60,111 nt of DNA from a virus (IMGVR_UViG_3300031774_000010:1-60111); one strand, 5' to 3'. Numbered from the stretch's first letter, positions 36,733-45,774 are shown. The notes: generated from the sequence alone by a model not told the origin. Made by a program: numbers and translations.

Positions 36733-37082
36733 TCAAGGATGCTGTCTTCTTTGATCTTAGCTGATTTTTTGTATTCGTCCCATTGTCTCTTGTGGTCAGT
36801 CATTAGAGTCTGAATAAAAAATTCTCGAAGTTTACTTATTTTAGGTTTAAAATTTAAATATAATTCTTTTTTAGTCTTATTAGACATCCATAAAGACTCA
36901 GCTAACATTTTTTGACTATCAGTAAGTAAAGTATCTTTTAAATCTTTCGTGGACATATCCTCTATAAGTTCGCTAAACTCCGTAAGGAAAGGATATTGTT
37001 TGCTATGAAGAGACCCATCACTTATGCCGAATTGTTGTTGATTTTGATTTTTATTCCTTTTGGTTATGTTGGAGTCCAGCAT
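36729..37082 (-). CDS. hypothetical protein
   Basis: 117-aa ORF, ATGA-coupled. Confidence 0.6.
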   Translation of the reverse strand: MLDSNITKRNKNQNQQQFGISDGSLHSKQYPFLTEFSELIEDMSTKDLKDTLLTDSQKMLAESLWMSNKTKKELYLNFKPKISKLREFFIQTLMTDHKRQWDEYKKSAKIKEDSILE

Positions 37083-37137
37083 TTACACGGGTTTGTCACA
37101 GATAGAATCAGTATAGAAATAAAACAAAAGTGAGTAA

Positions 37138-38367
37138 ATGGCTACTGAAGATAATTCTAGAATAGGTGCTACTGTCGTTTATGATTCTCCACATGCTCTC
37201 GATGCTGCAAGGAGATACAAAGAACAGATAGCTGGTCAATTAGATTATTTAAGAAAAGGTCGTCCTTCTTCTCCTGCCGAACAAAAACTTGGTTCAATAG
37301 ATACTAAATTTTTAGCAGCAACTTTAGGTAAGGGTTCTCTTCCTCAAAATTATGGTACTTCTTTACCATCTGGAACTACTACATCTAGTGATTGGTTAGG
37401 TAATTTTTATGCAGAAAACAATATTGGAGGTCCTGGAGGTAATCTAGATACAAGAGCAAGAAATTACTGGGAAAACTCAGCAGCAGATAAAGGTATATAT
37501 GAGACTAAAAAAATTATTGAAGGTACTGCTAAAAATGAAGGAACATGGGGTACACGTACTCCTGTGTCTGGGGGTATTAAGACTGATCCCTTTTTAAAAA
37601 GGTCTGGTGGAGATTATCTAGGTTGGCATCGGAATAACCCAGTCAATATGAGTGGTGCGTTAGATGATGATTCATGGGTTAAAGGCGCATATCAATCTTT
37701 ATTAGGTAGAGAAGCTGATGATGCTGGTTTAGCCCACTGGAAAGGAGCTTTAGCTAGTGGTCAAAGTAGAGATGATGTTGTAGCAAATTTTAGAAAACAA
37801 CCTGAATATAGAGACAAATTTATTGGCGAAGCTTATAGAAATTTATTAGGTCGAGATGCGGATGTAGGAGGTAATGATTATTGGAGTAAAGCAATGGAAG
37901 GAGGTCAATCTGAAGATTCTGTAATTGCCAATATAAAAAGAAGTGATGAGTTTGGTAGACAACAGCAAAATTCAATGCGTGATGCAGTTTCAACAAAAAA
38001 TAATCTGGATTTAATGAATGAGGCTTATAACGAGCAAATATCTTCATTAGGTAGACGGAGGCAAGAAGCACAAGATGCTGTTCAAAAACAATATGGAACT
38101 ACACCAGATTATTCTCCTTTATTAACTACAGATCCAACTATTTACACTCAAGATCCAGAAGCATCACAATTAGCCTCAATTAATTATTTAGCAAGTCAAG
38201 ATCCTTCTAAAGGTTCTCCAACTATTTGGGGACAAGCATTAAGAGATGCCAGTGCTAAGGCAATAGGAAGTATTGATATTGAAGGTCTTGTTTCAGGTTT
38301 TTTTGATGCAAGAAAAGCTAATAAGAATGCTCAACAATCTTTAGATAACTATGTAAATTATTTTTAA
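37138..38367 (+). CDS. DUF4214 repeat-containing protein
   Basis: Two AY..LLGR.AD..G..(H/Y)W...G.S...V.AN....E repeats. Confidence 0.75.
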   Translation: MATEDNSRIGATVVYDSPHALDAARRYKEQIAGQLDYLRKGRPSSPAEQKLGSIDTKFLAATLGKGSLPQNYGTSLPSGTTTSSDWLGNFYAENNIGGPGGNLDTRARNYWENSAADKGIYETKKIIEGTAKNEGTWGTRTPVSGGIKTDPFLKRSGGDYLGWHRNNPVNMSGALDDDSWVKGAYQSLLGREADDAGLAHWKGALASGQSRDDVVANFRKQPEYRDKFIGEAYRNLLGRDADVGGNDYWSKAMEGGQSEDSVIANIKRSDEFGRQQQNSMRDAVSTKNNLDLMNEAYNEQISSLGRRRQEAQDAVQKQYGTTPDYSPLLTTDPTIYTQDPEASQLASINYLASQDPSKGSPTIWGQALRDASAKAIGSIDIEGLVSGFFDARKANKNAQQSLDNYVNYF

Positions 38368-39041
38368 GGAGCTAACGTACCAAAATCAATACTTGATGAA
38401 ACACCTTCATTAACTTTTTCAAAATTTGTTTTCTCTGTAATTGTTTTATTTATTAATCCCCAGTCAACGTCAGTAACATTTATACTAATTGAATAAGTAG
38501 TTTCTAAATATCTAATATCATTTGTAATTAAAAATAAATATTTACCAGGGTCTAGAGTTGTTACAGGATAATCATTCTCAAGTGTTTCACTTTCATCATC
38601 TAAATAATCAATTGCAGCTTCTTTTGCTACATAACCTGAGTCATTTATTGGTAATTCTTCTCTTCTAGTTCTTTCAAATATTTGATAAAAAGCTACTAAT
38701 GTATTTTTATTTGTATTTTGCTCATAAGAAAACTGGCTAAAGTTCTGTGTAAATTGTACTGACCTTGGTTTTGTTAATTCTATTTGATAAAAAGTAGTCT
38801 GTTTACGTGATAAACCACCATGAGAGTTTTTTATTTCTACTGTTCTAAAAATTGATGTAAAGTCTCCAAGATCTATCGGATCATAGATACTATCTCCAGT
38901 ATTTGCTGGTAAAGGATCAGAACCAAAATAAGAAGTAGGTCCATATGCAGTAGGACCTGCTCCTCCAGTTGGATAAGATTCCACTGTTCCTAGATTGTAA
39001 AAACCTGTATTACTAGGAATTGTTGTTAGATACCGTGACAT
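38364..39041 (-). CDS. hypothetical beta-rich protein, possibly structural
   Basis: 225-aa ORF; LDPGKYLFLI pattern. Confidence 0.65.
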   Translation of the reverse strand: MSRYLTTIPSNTGFYNLGTVESYPTGGAGPTAYGPTSYFGSDPLPANTGDSIYDPIDLGDFTSIFRTVEIKNSHGGLSRKQTTFYQIELTKPRSVQFTQNFSQFSYEQNTNKNTLVAFYQIFERTRREELPINDSGYVAKEAAIDYLDDESETLENDYPVTTLDPGKYLFLITNDIRYLETTYSISINVTDVDWGLINKTITEKTNFEKVNEGVSSSIDFGTLAP

Positions 39042-39360
39042 ACTCCTTTGCTAAGCCAGTGAAGAGACTATTAGTTCTTCCTGATTTATTATATAATTCT
39101 TCCATTATTCTACTCCGTTCAGGATATACACCTTCTTCTTCTTTTGTAGCATAATTGTGATAATCAAGAGCAATTTCTAAGTGATTTAATCTAGCTGCAG
39201 CTTCTTCCTTTGTATCACACCATGCTCCGATTGTGGTATTCCCATCAAGTACTATCATTGGTGCATAATTTTTTTCTTTTAAATGATAATTACTCTGAAC
39301 TACTTGACTCTTTTTCAGAGTTATTTTTTCTCTCTTTGTAGTGTTTGAAGATGTTGTCAT
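39013..39360 (-). CDS. hypothetical protein
   Basis: 115-aa ORF. Confidence 0.6.
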   Translation of the reverse strand: MTTSSNTTKREKITLKKSQVVQSNYHLKEKNYAPMIVLDGNTTIGAWCDTKEEAAARLNHLEIALDYHNYATKEEEGVYPERSRIMEELYNKSGRTNSLFTGLAKEYVTVSNNNS

Positions 39361-40426
39361 GAGTAAGTTTAACGCACTGTAGTTTTGTAGGGGATGACTC
39401 GTTTTCGAGTTCTTTGATTGTAAGGTGCAAAGGGTTACAACAAAAAGGTTTACAAGATTTTTTTGTAAAGATCCTGTATTTACCTGTATAACCGCGACTC
39501 AACCAAAAAGCAACTCGCGATGCTGATTGAGTTTTACCACTATGGAATGGAGAAGGAAAATATGCAACTGACTCACTTCCATTTTTCTTTGTTGAACCAT
39601 TCCAAGCCCAACATTCATTATCTTCACCAATATCAACTTGGTCCCAAAAACGTTTAATTTGCCAATGCCAACGAAAATCAAAATTACGCACATCAATAGT
39701 GCATCGATCATTTTTTATTTCTTTCATACAATCTAAGCACTCTCCCATAAGGCCAAAATTACCTTTATGTGTTGTAGATCCTTTCGCATGCCAAGGACAT
39801 TCATAATTATTTTTCATGTGATAATTCAAATTAAATTCATCCGCTTCTGTAGAATACTCTGTAGTCAACTTTTTATATAAAGCTGCAATATTCTTCCAAA
39901 GAAGTTGTTTATCAGGATTTTCATTGACGTCTTCAGGAATATAAGTCTCATAATTACAAATTCTTCTGACAGTTTGATAAGGAAGTCTGTAAGTCTTTGA
40001 TAATTTTAAACTACTTATGCCTGACTCACTTTCCTGTCGCAGTTTACTTATTAAAGTGTTATTAATGCCTGTTTTATTTCTTTCATTGTTTTCTTTTGCT
40101 ACATCTGCCCTTGTTCCCCAGTAATAATGAGATGGATTTAGACAATATTGAGACTCACAAATAGACCGACGAACAATAATTGGTTTTAAAGGATCAGGAT
40201 CTTGCCCAGCCATAGCTAAAAGCAAAGGACGTGCATCTCGACCCCTGTAAGAGAGTCGAACCTTTTTACTAGTGGTAAAACCTTGAAATATTGTGTGATT
40301 ACATTGATCACGCCGCTTCAAACACCAGCATTTGTCTTTTCCACGTAGCTGTAAAGCTATTTGAAAGGCTTTTACAAAGGTAATTTTGTCATTTGGTGTA
40401 AGAGAGGTAGCTAAAAAAGCATCCAT
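39290..40426 (-). CDS. tandem HNH/His-Cys (zinc-binding loop) domain protein with central HTH, probably nuclease-dead
   Basis: Two CW...C.NP.H units (YCLNPSHYYWGT, CCNPLHL); SSLKLSKTYRLPYQTVRRI HTH; ATG at 40426 preferred. Confidence 0.7.
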   Translation of the reverse strand: MDAFLATSLTPNDKITFVKAFQIALQLRGKDKCWCLKRRDQCNHTIFQGFTTSKKVRLSYRGRDARPLLLAMAGQDPDPLKPIIVRRSICESQYCLNPSHYYWGTRADVAKENNERNKTGINNTLISKLRQESESGISSLKLSKTYRLPYQTVRRICNYETYIPEDVNENPDKQLLWKNIAALYKKLTTEYSTEADEFNLNYHMKNNYECPWHAKGSTTHKGNFGLMGECLDCMKEIKNDRCTIDVRNFDFRWHWQIKRFWDQVDIGEDNECWAWNGSTKKNGSESVAYFPSPFHSGKTQSASRVAFWLSRGYTGKYRIFTKKSCKPFCCNPLHLTIKELENESSPTKLQCVKLTHDNIFKHYKERKNNSEKESSSSE

Positions 40427-40480
40427 TTTAGGAAAAACAGTTAGGGTGCAAGGTGTTCTACACATTAAACCTCTTCTGGC

Positions 40481-40671
40481 GCAATGGCAATCATTGAACA
40501 CCCAAAATCTAATTTTTTTTCCCTTATTTATTTACTTCTAAGGAGGAGAGGGTTAGGTACGTGACTGTAAGTTATCTTATCTTCACTCATGTACCTATCC
40601 CTAACGCTTACGTACTTAAGATAAAAGCCTATATTTTTTAAGTTTTTGGGTGTTTATACCAAAACCATTGC
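40481..40671. repeat. long interrupted dyad, candidate origin or protein-binding array
   Basis: Three inverted-repeat blocks sharing one symmetry centre near 40576. Confidence 0.75.
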
Positions 40672-40778
40672 AATGAAAGCTATTAAGAGAAAATCGCATA
40701 AAAAAAGTAGCTTCTCCCTACCGTTTTTAAGGGTATTTTTTTGTTTTTAATGTTTATTGAGATTTTCGAAGGTTGAGG

Positions 40779-40949
40779 TTAGGTGCGTGACTGTTCAAAT
40801 AATTCTGCGTATGTTTGAGCTTCGTCAAAGGAGTGGGTATAACGACACATGGCGTCATTAAGGCAACAGACACGATGCATTTGGTGTCCATTTCTGGTTA
40901 AAGTTTTAATAGTTGTCCCATTAGGAAAGTTAATCAAAATAATAGGCAA
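40779..40949 (-). CDS. small hypothetical protein (56 aa)
   Basis: Manually read TTG-start ORF ...FPNGTTIKTL...MCRYTHSFDEAQ. Confidence 0.5.
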   Translation of the reverse strand: MPIILINFPNGTTIKTLTRNGHQMHRVCCLNDAMCRYTHSFDEAQTYAELFEQSRT

Positions 40950-41032
40950 TTATCCAGTGTTATTATTATAAAAACTCTGATAAAAATAAAGGTAGTTATA
41001 GCTTTATAATTAATAAAACTAGGTAAAGATTA

Positions 41033-41263
41033 ATGTACGGCGCAGGATTCGACCCAGCAGGCTTAGATATGGCGGATTTGGGTGATCCTCGTCGTCAAGA
41101 AGGTTTACCAGGTGGTTATTCAAATCAAGGTCAAGCAGTTAGTGCTCCTTATGCAGAAGCAAATATGCGAGCTGCTGAAAAGACTAATCCTATGAATGCC
41201 ATTTCACAAGAACCTGGTATTACTGATCAGGTTGATGACTTTTTATCCCGTATTGGAGCTTAA
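41033..41263 (+). CDS. hypothetical protein
   Basis: 76-aa ORF after TATAAT box. Confidence 0.65.
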   Translation: MYGAGFDPAGLDMADLGDPRRQEGLPGGYSNQGQAVSAPYAEANMRAAEKTNPMNAISQEPGITDQVDDFLSRIGA

Positions 41264-41265
41264 TC

Positions 41266-41793
41266 ATGAGATTTGCATTTGGTGATTCTGGCAGTTTTTT
41301 AGATGCTGTAAAGGATGGTTTACTTGGAGCTGCGTTTAATAATGATTTTGGTGGAGGAGTTGTAGGAAGAACTGGAGCTTGGGACCCAACGAAAGGAGTT
41401 GTTGGTACTGCGTTTAATAATGATTTTGGTGGAGGAGTTGTAGGAAGAACTGGAGCTTGGGACCCAACGAAAGGAGTTGTTGGTACTGCGTTTAATAATG
41501 ATTTTGGTGGAGGAGTTGTAGGAAGAATTGGAGCTTGGGACCCAAGGAAAGGAGTTGTTGGTACTGATTCAGCAGCAACAAACTTTATTAAAGAAGGAGG
41601 TGTTGCAGGGTTAACTACTGGTCATAATCCGCTGACAGGAATTGTTGGAGATAGAAATCCTTTTGGTGATTTCGGAGGAGGATTAGGAGGTGTCGTCGGC
41701 GGTTTAGTTGGTAAAGGAGGCGAGTCAAAAGGTGTAAGTGGATTAGGTGGTTTTAGACCAGCTGGATTTATTGGGAGTTTGTTTGGAGCTTAA
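41266..41793 (+). CDS. Gly-rich protein with three 26-aa repeats
   Basis: AFNNDFGGGVVGRTGAWDPTKGVVGT x3. Confidence 0.65.
   Translation: MRFAFGDSGSFLDAVKDGLLGAAFNNDFGGGVVGRTGAWDPTKGVVGTAFNNDFGGGVVGRTGAWDPTKGVVGTAFNNDFGGGVVGRIGAWDPRKGVVGTDSAATNFIKEGGVAGLTTGHNPLTGIVGDRNPFGDFGGGLGGVVGGLVGKGGESKGVSGLGGFRPAGFIGSLFGA
41330..41566 (+). repeat. 78-bp tandem repeat, three copies
   Basis: Units start at 41330, 41408 and 41486; the third has two substitutions. Confidence 0.95.
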
Positions 41794-41795
41794 TT

Positions 41796-42629
41796 ATGAC
41801 TTGGGCTCATAAAGTAAATTATTCATCACAAGAGGCTTTAGATGCTGCTAGGGCAGCAACGCAGAATAAATATAAAAGAATGTTTAGTAAGCAAATTGAA
41901 GAAGCTGCGAGGCGGGGTGAAACAGCTTTAGATGCTATGGATTTTTCTCTTTGGCATTCACGGGTTGCAACTCCTGATGATAATGCAGAATATCGATGGG
42001 CTTTTGAACCTTTAGGAACAAACATAGCACCTTGGAGAAAGTGGGGAGGTGGGAATAAAAAATCGTCAGGAACAAATGCTACAAGAATGGCTTCAATAGG
42101 TAAGATAAAAGCAGCACTTGGTGATACGAGTCCAACTGTAAATAGATCTTTTGCACCAGACGCGAATGTTAATAACTATGTAAATAGAAATTTCGCTGAC
42201 ATGCTTGGTTTAACACCAGTTACTAATTCTCTCAGCTCACGATTGAATGCTACGCAAGGCAAACTTATGCCTTCCAATCCAAGTTATAGAGGTGTAGGTG
42301 CTAATCCTAGTTATGGTGTTCCTTCACTAGGTAGTTTTGATAATGTTTCATCTTTTAGTAATTTCACAGGTGGTTTACCTTCATTTGATCAAAGCTCTAT
42401 AGAACATTCTTCTTTATCCGATCCTTCTAGTGTTTCTTCGTCTTTCAGAGCAGCGGGTGACGCTTTTGGTAAGTCTGGAGGTGGTTCAGGTGTACCTTTT
42501 GCCGATGAAATACCGATACCTTTAGCTTTATCTGTAGATAATTCTTCTCCTTCTTCTTCTTCTTCTTTTAGTCCTCATAATTATCTTGTAATAGGAAGAA
42601 GTCCTTATTCTCGTAGTACTTATTATTAA
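41796..42629 (+). CDS. Ser-rich hypothetical protein
   Basis: 277-aa ORF in operon. Confidence 0.6.
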   Translation: MTWAHKVNYSSQEALDAARAATQNKYKRMFSKQIEEAARRGETALDAMDFSLWHSRVATPDDNAEYRWAFEPLGTNIAPWRKWGGGNKKSSGTNATRMASIGKIKAALGDTSPTVNRSFAPDANVNNYVNRNFADMLGLTPVTNSLSSRLNATQGKLMPSNPSYRGVGANPSYGVPSLGSFDNVSSFSNFTGGLPSFDQSSIEHSSLSDPSSVSSSFRAAGDAFGKSGGGSGVPFADEIPIPLALSVDNSSPSSSSSFSPHNYLVIGRSPYSRSTYY

Positions 42630-42631
42630 TT

Positions 42632-42838
42632 ATGGGTGACACAGATTTTCCAGCAGTAATGGCAAATTGGGGGAATGCTAGGGATTTAGCATCTCAATGG
42701 CAAGGTCGTTCTAAAGGAAGCTCTTCATACGTCGAGAGTGGAACAGGCATACCTACTAGTGGTGAACATATTGAGTATGAATCAGGTGAAGGTTCTATAG
42801 AAGATCCTTGGTATACAGAAAGGAGAGAGTTCTTTTAG
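42632..42838 (+). CDS. hypothetical protein
   Basis: 68-aa ORF in operon. Confidence 0.55.
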   Translation: MGDTDFPAVMANWGNARDLASQWQGRSKGSSSYVESGTGIPTSGEHIEYESGEGSIEDPWYTERREFF

Positions 42839-42894
42839 GTAGTAGATTTTTAGAGCGTAAAATTATATATAAAGCGCTAAGTTTAATAAAGTAG

Positions 42895-43968
42895 ATGACA
42901 CAGACTAAAGCTGAATTATTACAAACCAAAAATCAAGGAGATATACGTCTTGGAGATGCTGATTCTTCACATTATGTAGGTTTTAAAGCGCCAACAACTG
43001 TAAGTGCTAATAAGGTATGGACTCTTCCTGCAGCTGACGGAAGTGCTAATCAAGTATTAACAACTAATGGTTCAGGAGTTTTAACTTGGGCTGCTGGTGG
43101 TGGTCTTTCTTCAGATGCACAGTTTAACACTGTTGGCGGTACAAACGCAGGAGATAGTTTTACTGGAACAGATGCAAATTATAATACGTTGATCGGTTAT
43201 GACGCTGGAACAGCAATAACATCTGGTGATAATAATACTGTCTTTGGTTATAAAGCAGGGGAAGCTATAACAACTGTTAGTCGGAACAGCTTTTTTGGAT
43301 ATCAAGCAGGTAGATATACCACTGGTTATAATAACACTTTCATAGGTGAGAATTGTGGTCAAGGATCGTCTGGATCTACTACTTCTTATAATGGTACTGG
43401 TCTAGGTAAAGGTGCATTATATAGTTCAACTACTGGTGGTGGTAATACATCAATAGGCATGAACTCAGGATACGCAGTTACTACTGGTTATGACAATACG
43501 TTGATTGGTTATCAAGCTGGTAATACGCTTACAACAGGTAGAAATAACATTTGTATTGGTTATGAATCTGCACCGTCAAGCAATACAGTTGATCATGAAA
43601 TAACGTTTGGAAATTCATCTATATCAACTTTACGTTGTCAAGTAACAAGCATTAGTGCCTTATCTGATAGGCGTGATAAGACAGATATTAATACTTTAGA
43701 TTTAGGATTAAACTTTATAAATGCTCTTAATCCAGTAAAATTCAAATGGAATTCAAGAGAAGGAATATTAAAAGATGGTAGTTATGAAGCAGGTTTTATA
43801 GCTCAGGACTTTCAGGAATCACAAAAAGACTTTAATGCTGAATACCTTAATTTGGTATTAGATACAAATCCAGAAAAACTAGAAGCTGCTCCAGGTAAAT
43901 TAATTCCAATAATGGTCCAAGCCATTAAAGAACTATCCGCAGAAGTCCAAGCATTAAAGAACTCATAG
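42895..43968 (+). CDS. fibre protein with S74 chaperone
   Basis: WTLPAADG, NTxxGxxAG repeats, SDRRDK, GFIAQD. Confidence 0.9.
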   Translation: MTQTKAELLQTKNQGDIRLGDADSSHYVGFKAPTTVSANKVWTLPAADGSANQVLTTNGSGVLTWAAGGGLSSDAQFNTVGGTNAGDSFTGTDANYNTLIGYDAGTAITSGDNNTVFGYKAGEAITTVSRNSFFGYQAGRYTTGYNNTFIGENCGQGSSGSTTSYNGTGLGKGALYSSTTGGGNTSIGMNSGYAVTTGYDNTLIGYQAGNTLTTGRNNICIGYESAPSSNTVDHEITFGNSSISTLRCQVTSISALSDRRDKTDINTLDLGLNFINALNPVKFKWNSREGILKDGSYEAGFIAQDFQESQKDFNAEYLNLVLDTNPEKLEAAPGKLIPIMVQAIKELSAEVQALKNS

Positions 43969-44015
43969 ATTAGCCACTTTAGAATAGAACAAATTATTAG
44001 TAGTTGTATAACTAA

Positions 44016-45500
44016 ATGGCTTACATTGGAAGACAGTTGGCACGAGGAGAAAATAGACTCTTCGATGATATCTCTAGTAGTTTTAATGGAAGTACCACAA
44101 CTTTCAATTTAACTGTTGCATCGGTTGCTACCTCTACTGCAACTCCATACCAACTCTTTGTGAGTCTTGGCGGGGTGATGCAGAAACCTGGTACAGACTT
44201 TACGACAGCTGGTAATCAAATAACCTTTACGACTGCTCCAGCAGCTGGAATTTCCTGTTGGATTATGATGCAGGGAGATTCAATTGATCAAGCTGCTATT
44301 CCTGACGGTGTAGTAACTGCAAGCAAAATAGCGAATAGTGGTGACTTTGCATTTCCTGCTGACATCCGTTTAAAAGATGGTGATGGCTCACATTATGTAG
44401 GTTTTGAAGCGCCAACAACTGTAAGTGCTAATAAGGTATGGACTCTTCCTGCAGCTGACGGAAGTGCTAATCAACTATTAACAACTAATGGCTCAGGAGT
44501 TTTAACTTGGAGTACTGTTGCTGCTGGTGGTACTACGGTTACTAATGCTTATTCCTTAGTAAGTAGTAATGCTGGAAGTGGTGGTTCTTATGTCGTTTCG
44601 CTCGGAGAAGAGGCAGGAGAGAATCTTAACACTTTAAATAATTATTATAACATCAGCATAGGGAATCAGGCTGGTTATACAGCTAACGTCAATTGGGGAC
44701 ATATATACATAGGTAAGCAAGCTGGTAAGTTTCTTACAGGTGGTAACATTTGTATTGGATACGAAAGTGGAGTAGGAGTTTCTGGATCTAGTACTGCAAG
44801 TTCCGTAACTGCTATTGGTAAATTTGCACTTAAAGCTATAACAACAGGTGGTCCTTGTGTAGCTTTGGGTAGTTATGCTGGATGGAAATTAACCTCAGGT
44901 ATTAATAACGTAATAATTGGAGATCAGTCTGGGTACAACGTTACTACTGGTGCTAGTAATACATTTTTAGGAGAAGCAGCTGGACATTCTACAACAACTG
45001 GAACTGATAATATATGTATAGGAAAGTATGCATATGGACCTACAACAGGAGCAAATAATATTCTTATCGGTACTGGTTCTACTTTATCAGCCCAAACAGT
45101 TTCTAATCAAATAACGCTTGGAAATTCATCTATATCAACTTTACGTTGTCAAGTAACAAGCATTAGTGCCTTATCTGATAGGCGTGATAAGACAGATATT
45201 AATACTTTAGATTTAGGATTAAACTTTATAAATGCTCTTAATCCAGTAAAATTCAAATGGAATTCAAGAGAAGGAATATTAAAAGATGGTAGTTATGAAG
45301 CAGGTTTTATAGCTCAGGACTTTCAGGAATCACAAAAAGACTTTAATGCTGAATACCTTAATTTGGTATTAGATACAAATCCAGAAAAACTAGAGGCAGC
45401 ACCTGGAAAATTAATGCCAATAGTGGTCCAAGCCATTAAAGAATTACTAGAAGAAGTGACTACATTGAAAACTAAGGTTGCTTTATTAGAATCTGCATAA
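44016..45500 (+). CDS. fibre protein with S74 chaperone
   Basis: MAYIG...DDISSSFNGS N-terminus like the long fibre; same repeats and S74 domain. Confidence 0.9.
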   Translation: MAYIGRQLARGENRLFDDISSSFNGSTTTFNLTVASVATSTATPYQLFVSLGGVMQKPGTDFTTAGNQITFTTAPAAGISCWIMMQGDSIDQAAIPDGVVTASKIANSGDFAFPADIRLKDGDGSHYVGFEAPTTVSANKVWTLPAADGSANQLLTTNGSGVLTWSTVAAGGTTVTNAYSLVSSNAGSGGSYVVSLGEEAGENLNTLNNYYNISIGNQAGYTANVNWGHIYIGKQAGKFLTGGNICIGYESGVGVSGSSTASSVTAIGKFALKAITTGGPCVALGSYAGWKLTSGINNVIIGDQSGYNVTTGASNTFLGEAAGHSTTTGTDNICIGKYAYGPTTGANNILIGTGSTLSAQTVSNQITLGNSSISTLRCQVTSISALSDRRDKTDINTLDLGLNFINALNPVKFKWNSREGILKDGSYEAGFIAQDFQESQKDFNAEYLNLVLDTNPEKLEAAPGKLMPIVVQAIKELLEEVTTLKTKVALLESA

Positions 45501-45501
45501 A

Positions 45502-45774
45502 ATGATTTATTGTTTTCTTTCTAACCCACCTTTATATTTTCATCCTGCTACATGGGGGAAACCTTTAATATCTCATGGTACTTATGAAGGACTCCCACCT
45601 CAAGGACAATTAATAGCTATCATATTAGGCTTATTATTGTTCTTAGTAGGTTATGGACTCTATTTAACATTCGGTGCTGGTAAGGAAGATTTAAAAGATG
45701 CTATTGATGAACATGCGAAAATGCATGAATTAGGGATTGCACATGGGCATAATGGAAGAAAGCTTAAATCGTAA
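45502..45774 (+). CDS. psbN: PsbN-like protein
   Basis: TM helix followed by GYGLYLTFGAGKEDLKDAIDEH, matching PsbN G..(I/L)Y..FG....L.DP.E.H. Confidence 0.7.
   Translation: MIYCFLSNPPLYFHPATWGKPLISHGTYEGLPPQGQLIAIILGLLLFLVGYGLYLTFGAGKEDLKDAIDEHAKMHELGIAHGHNGRKLKS

Noticed and set aside
41330-41566. CRISPR array
   Set aside because: Units are contiguous with no unique spacers, lie in frame within a gene, and no cas genes are present
42967-45394. Diversity-generating retroelement TR/VR pair or shufflon
   Set aside because: No reverse transcriptase or invertase in the window; both copies are coding and direct; mismatches are not adenine-specific
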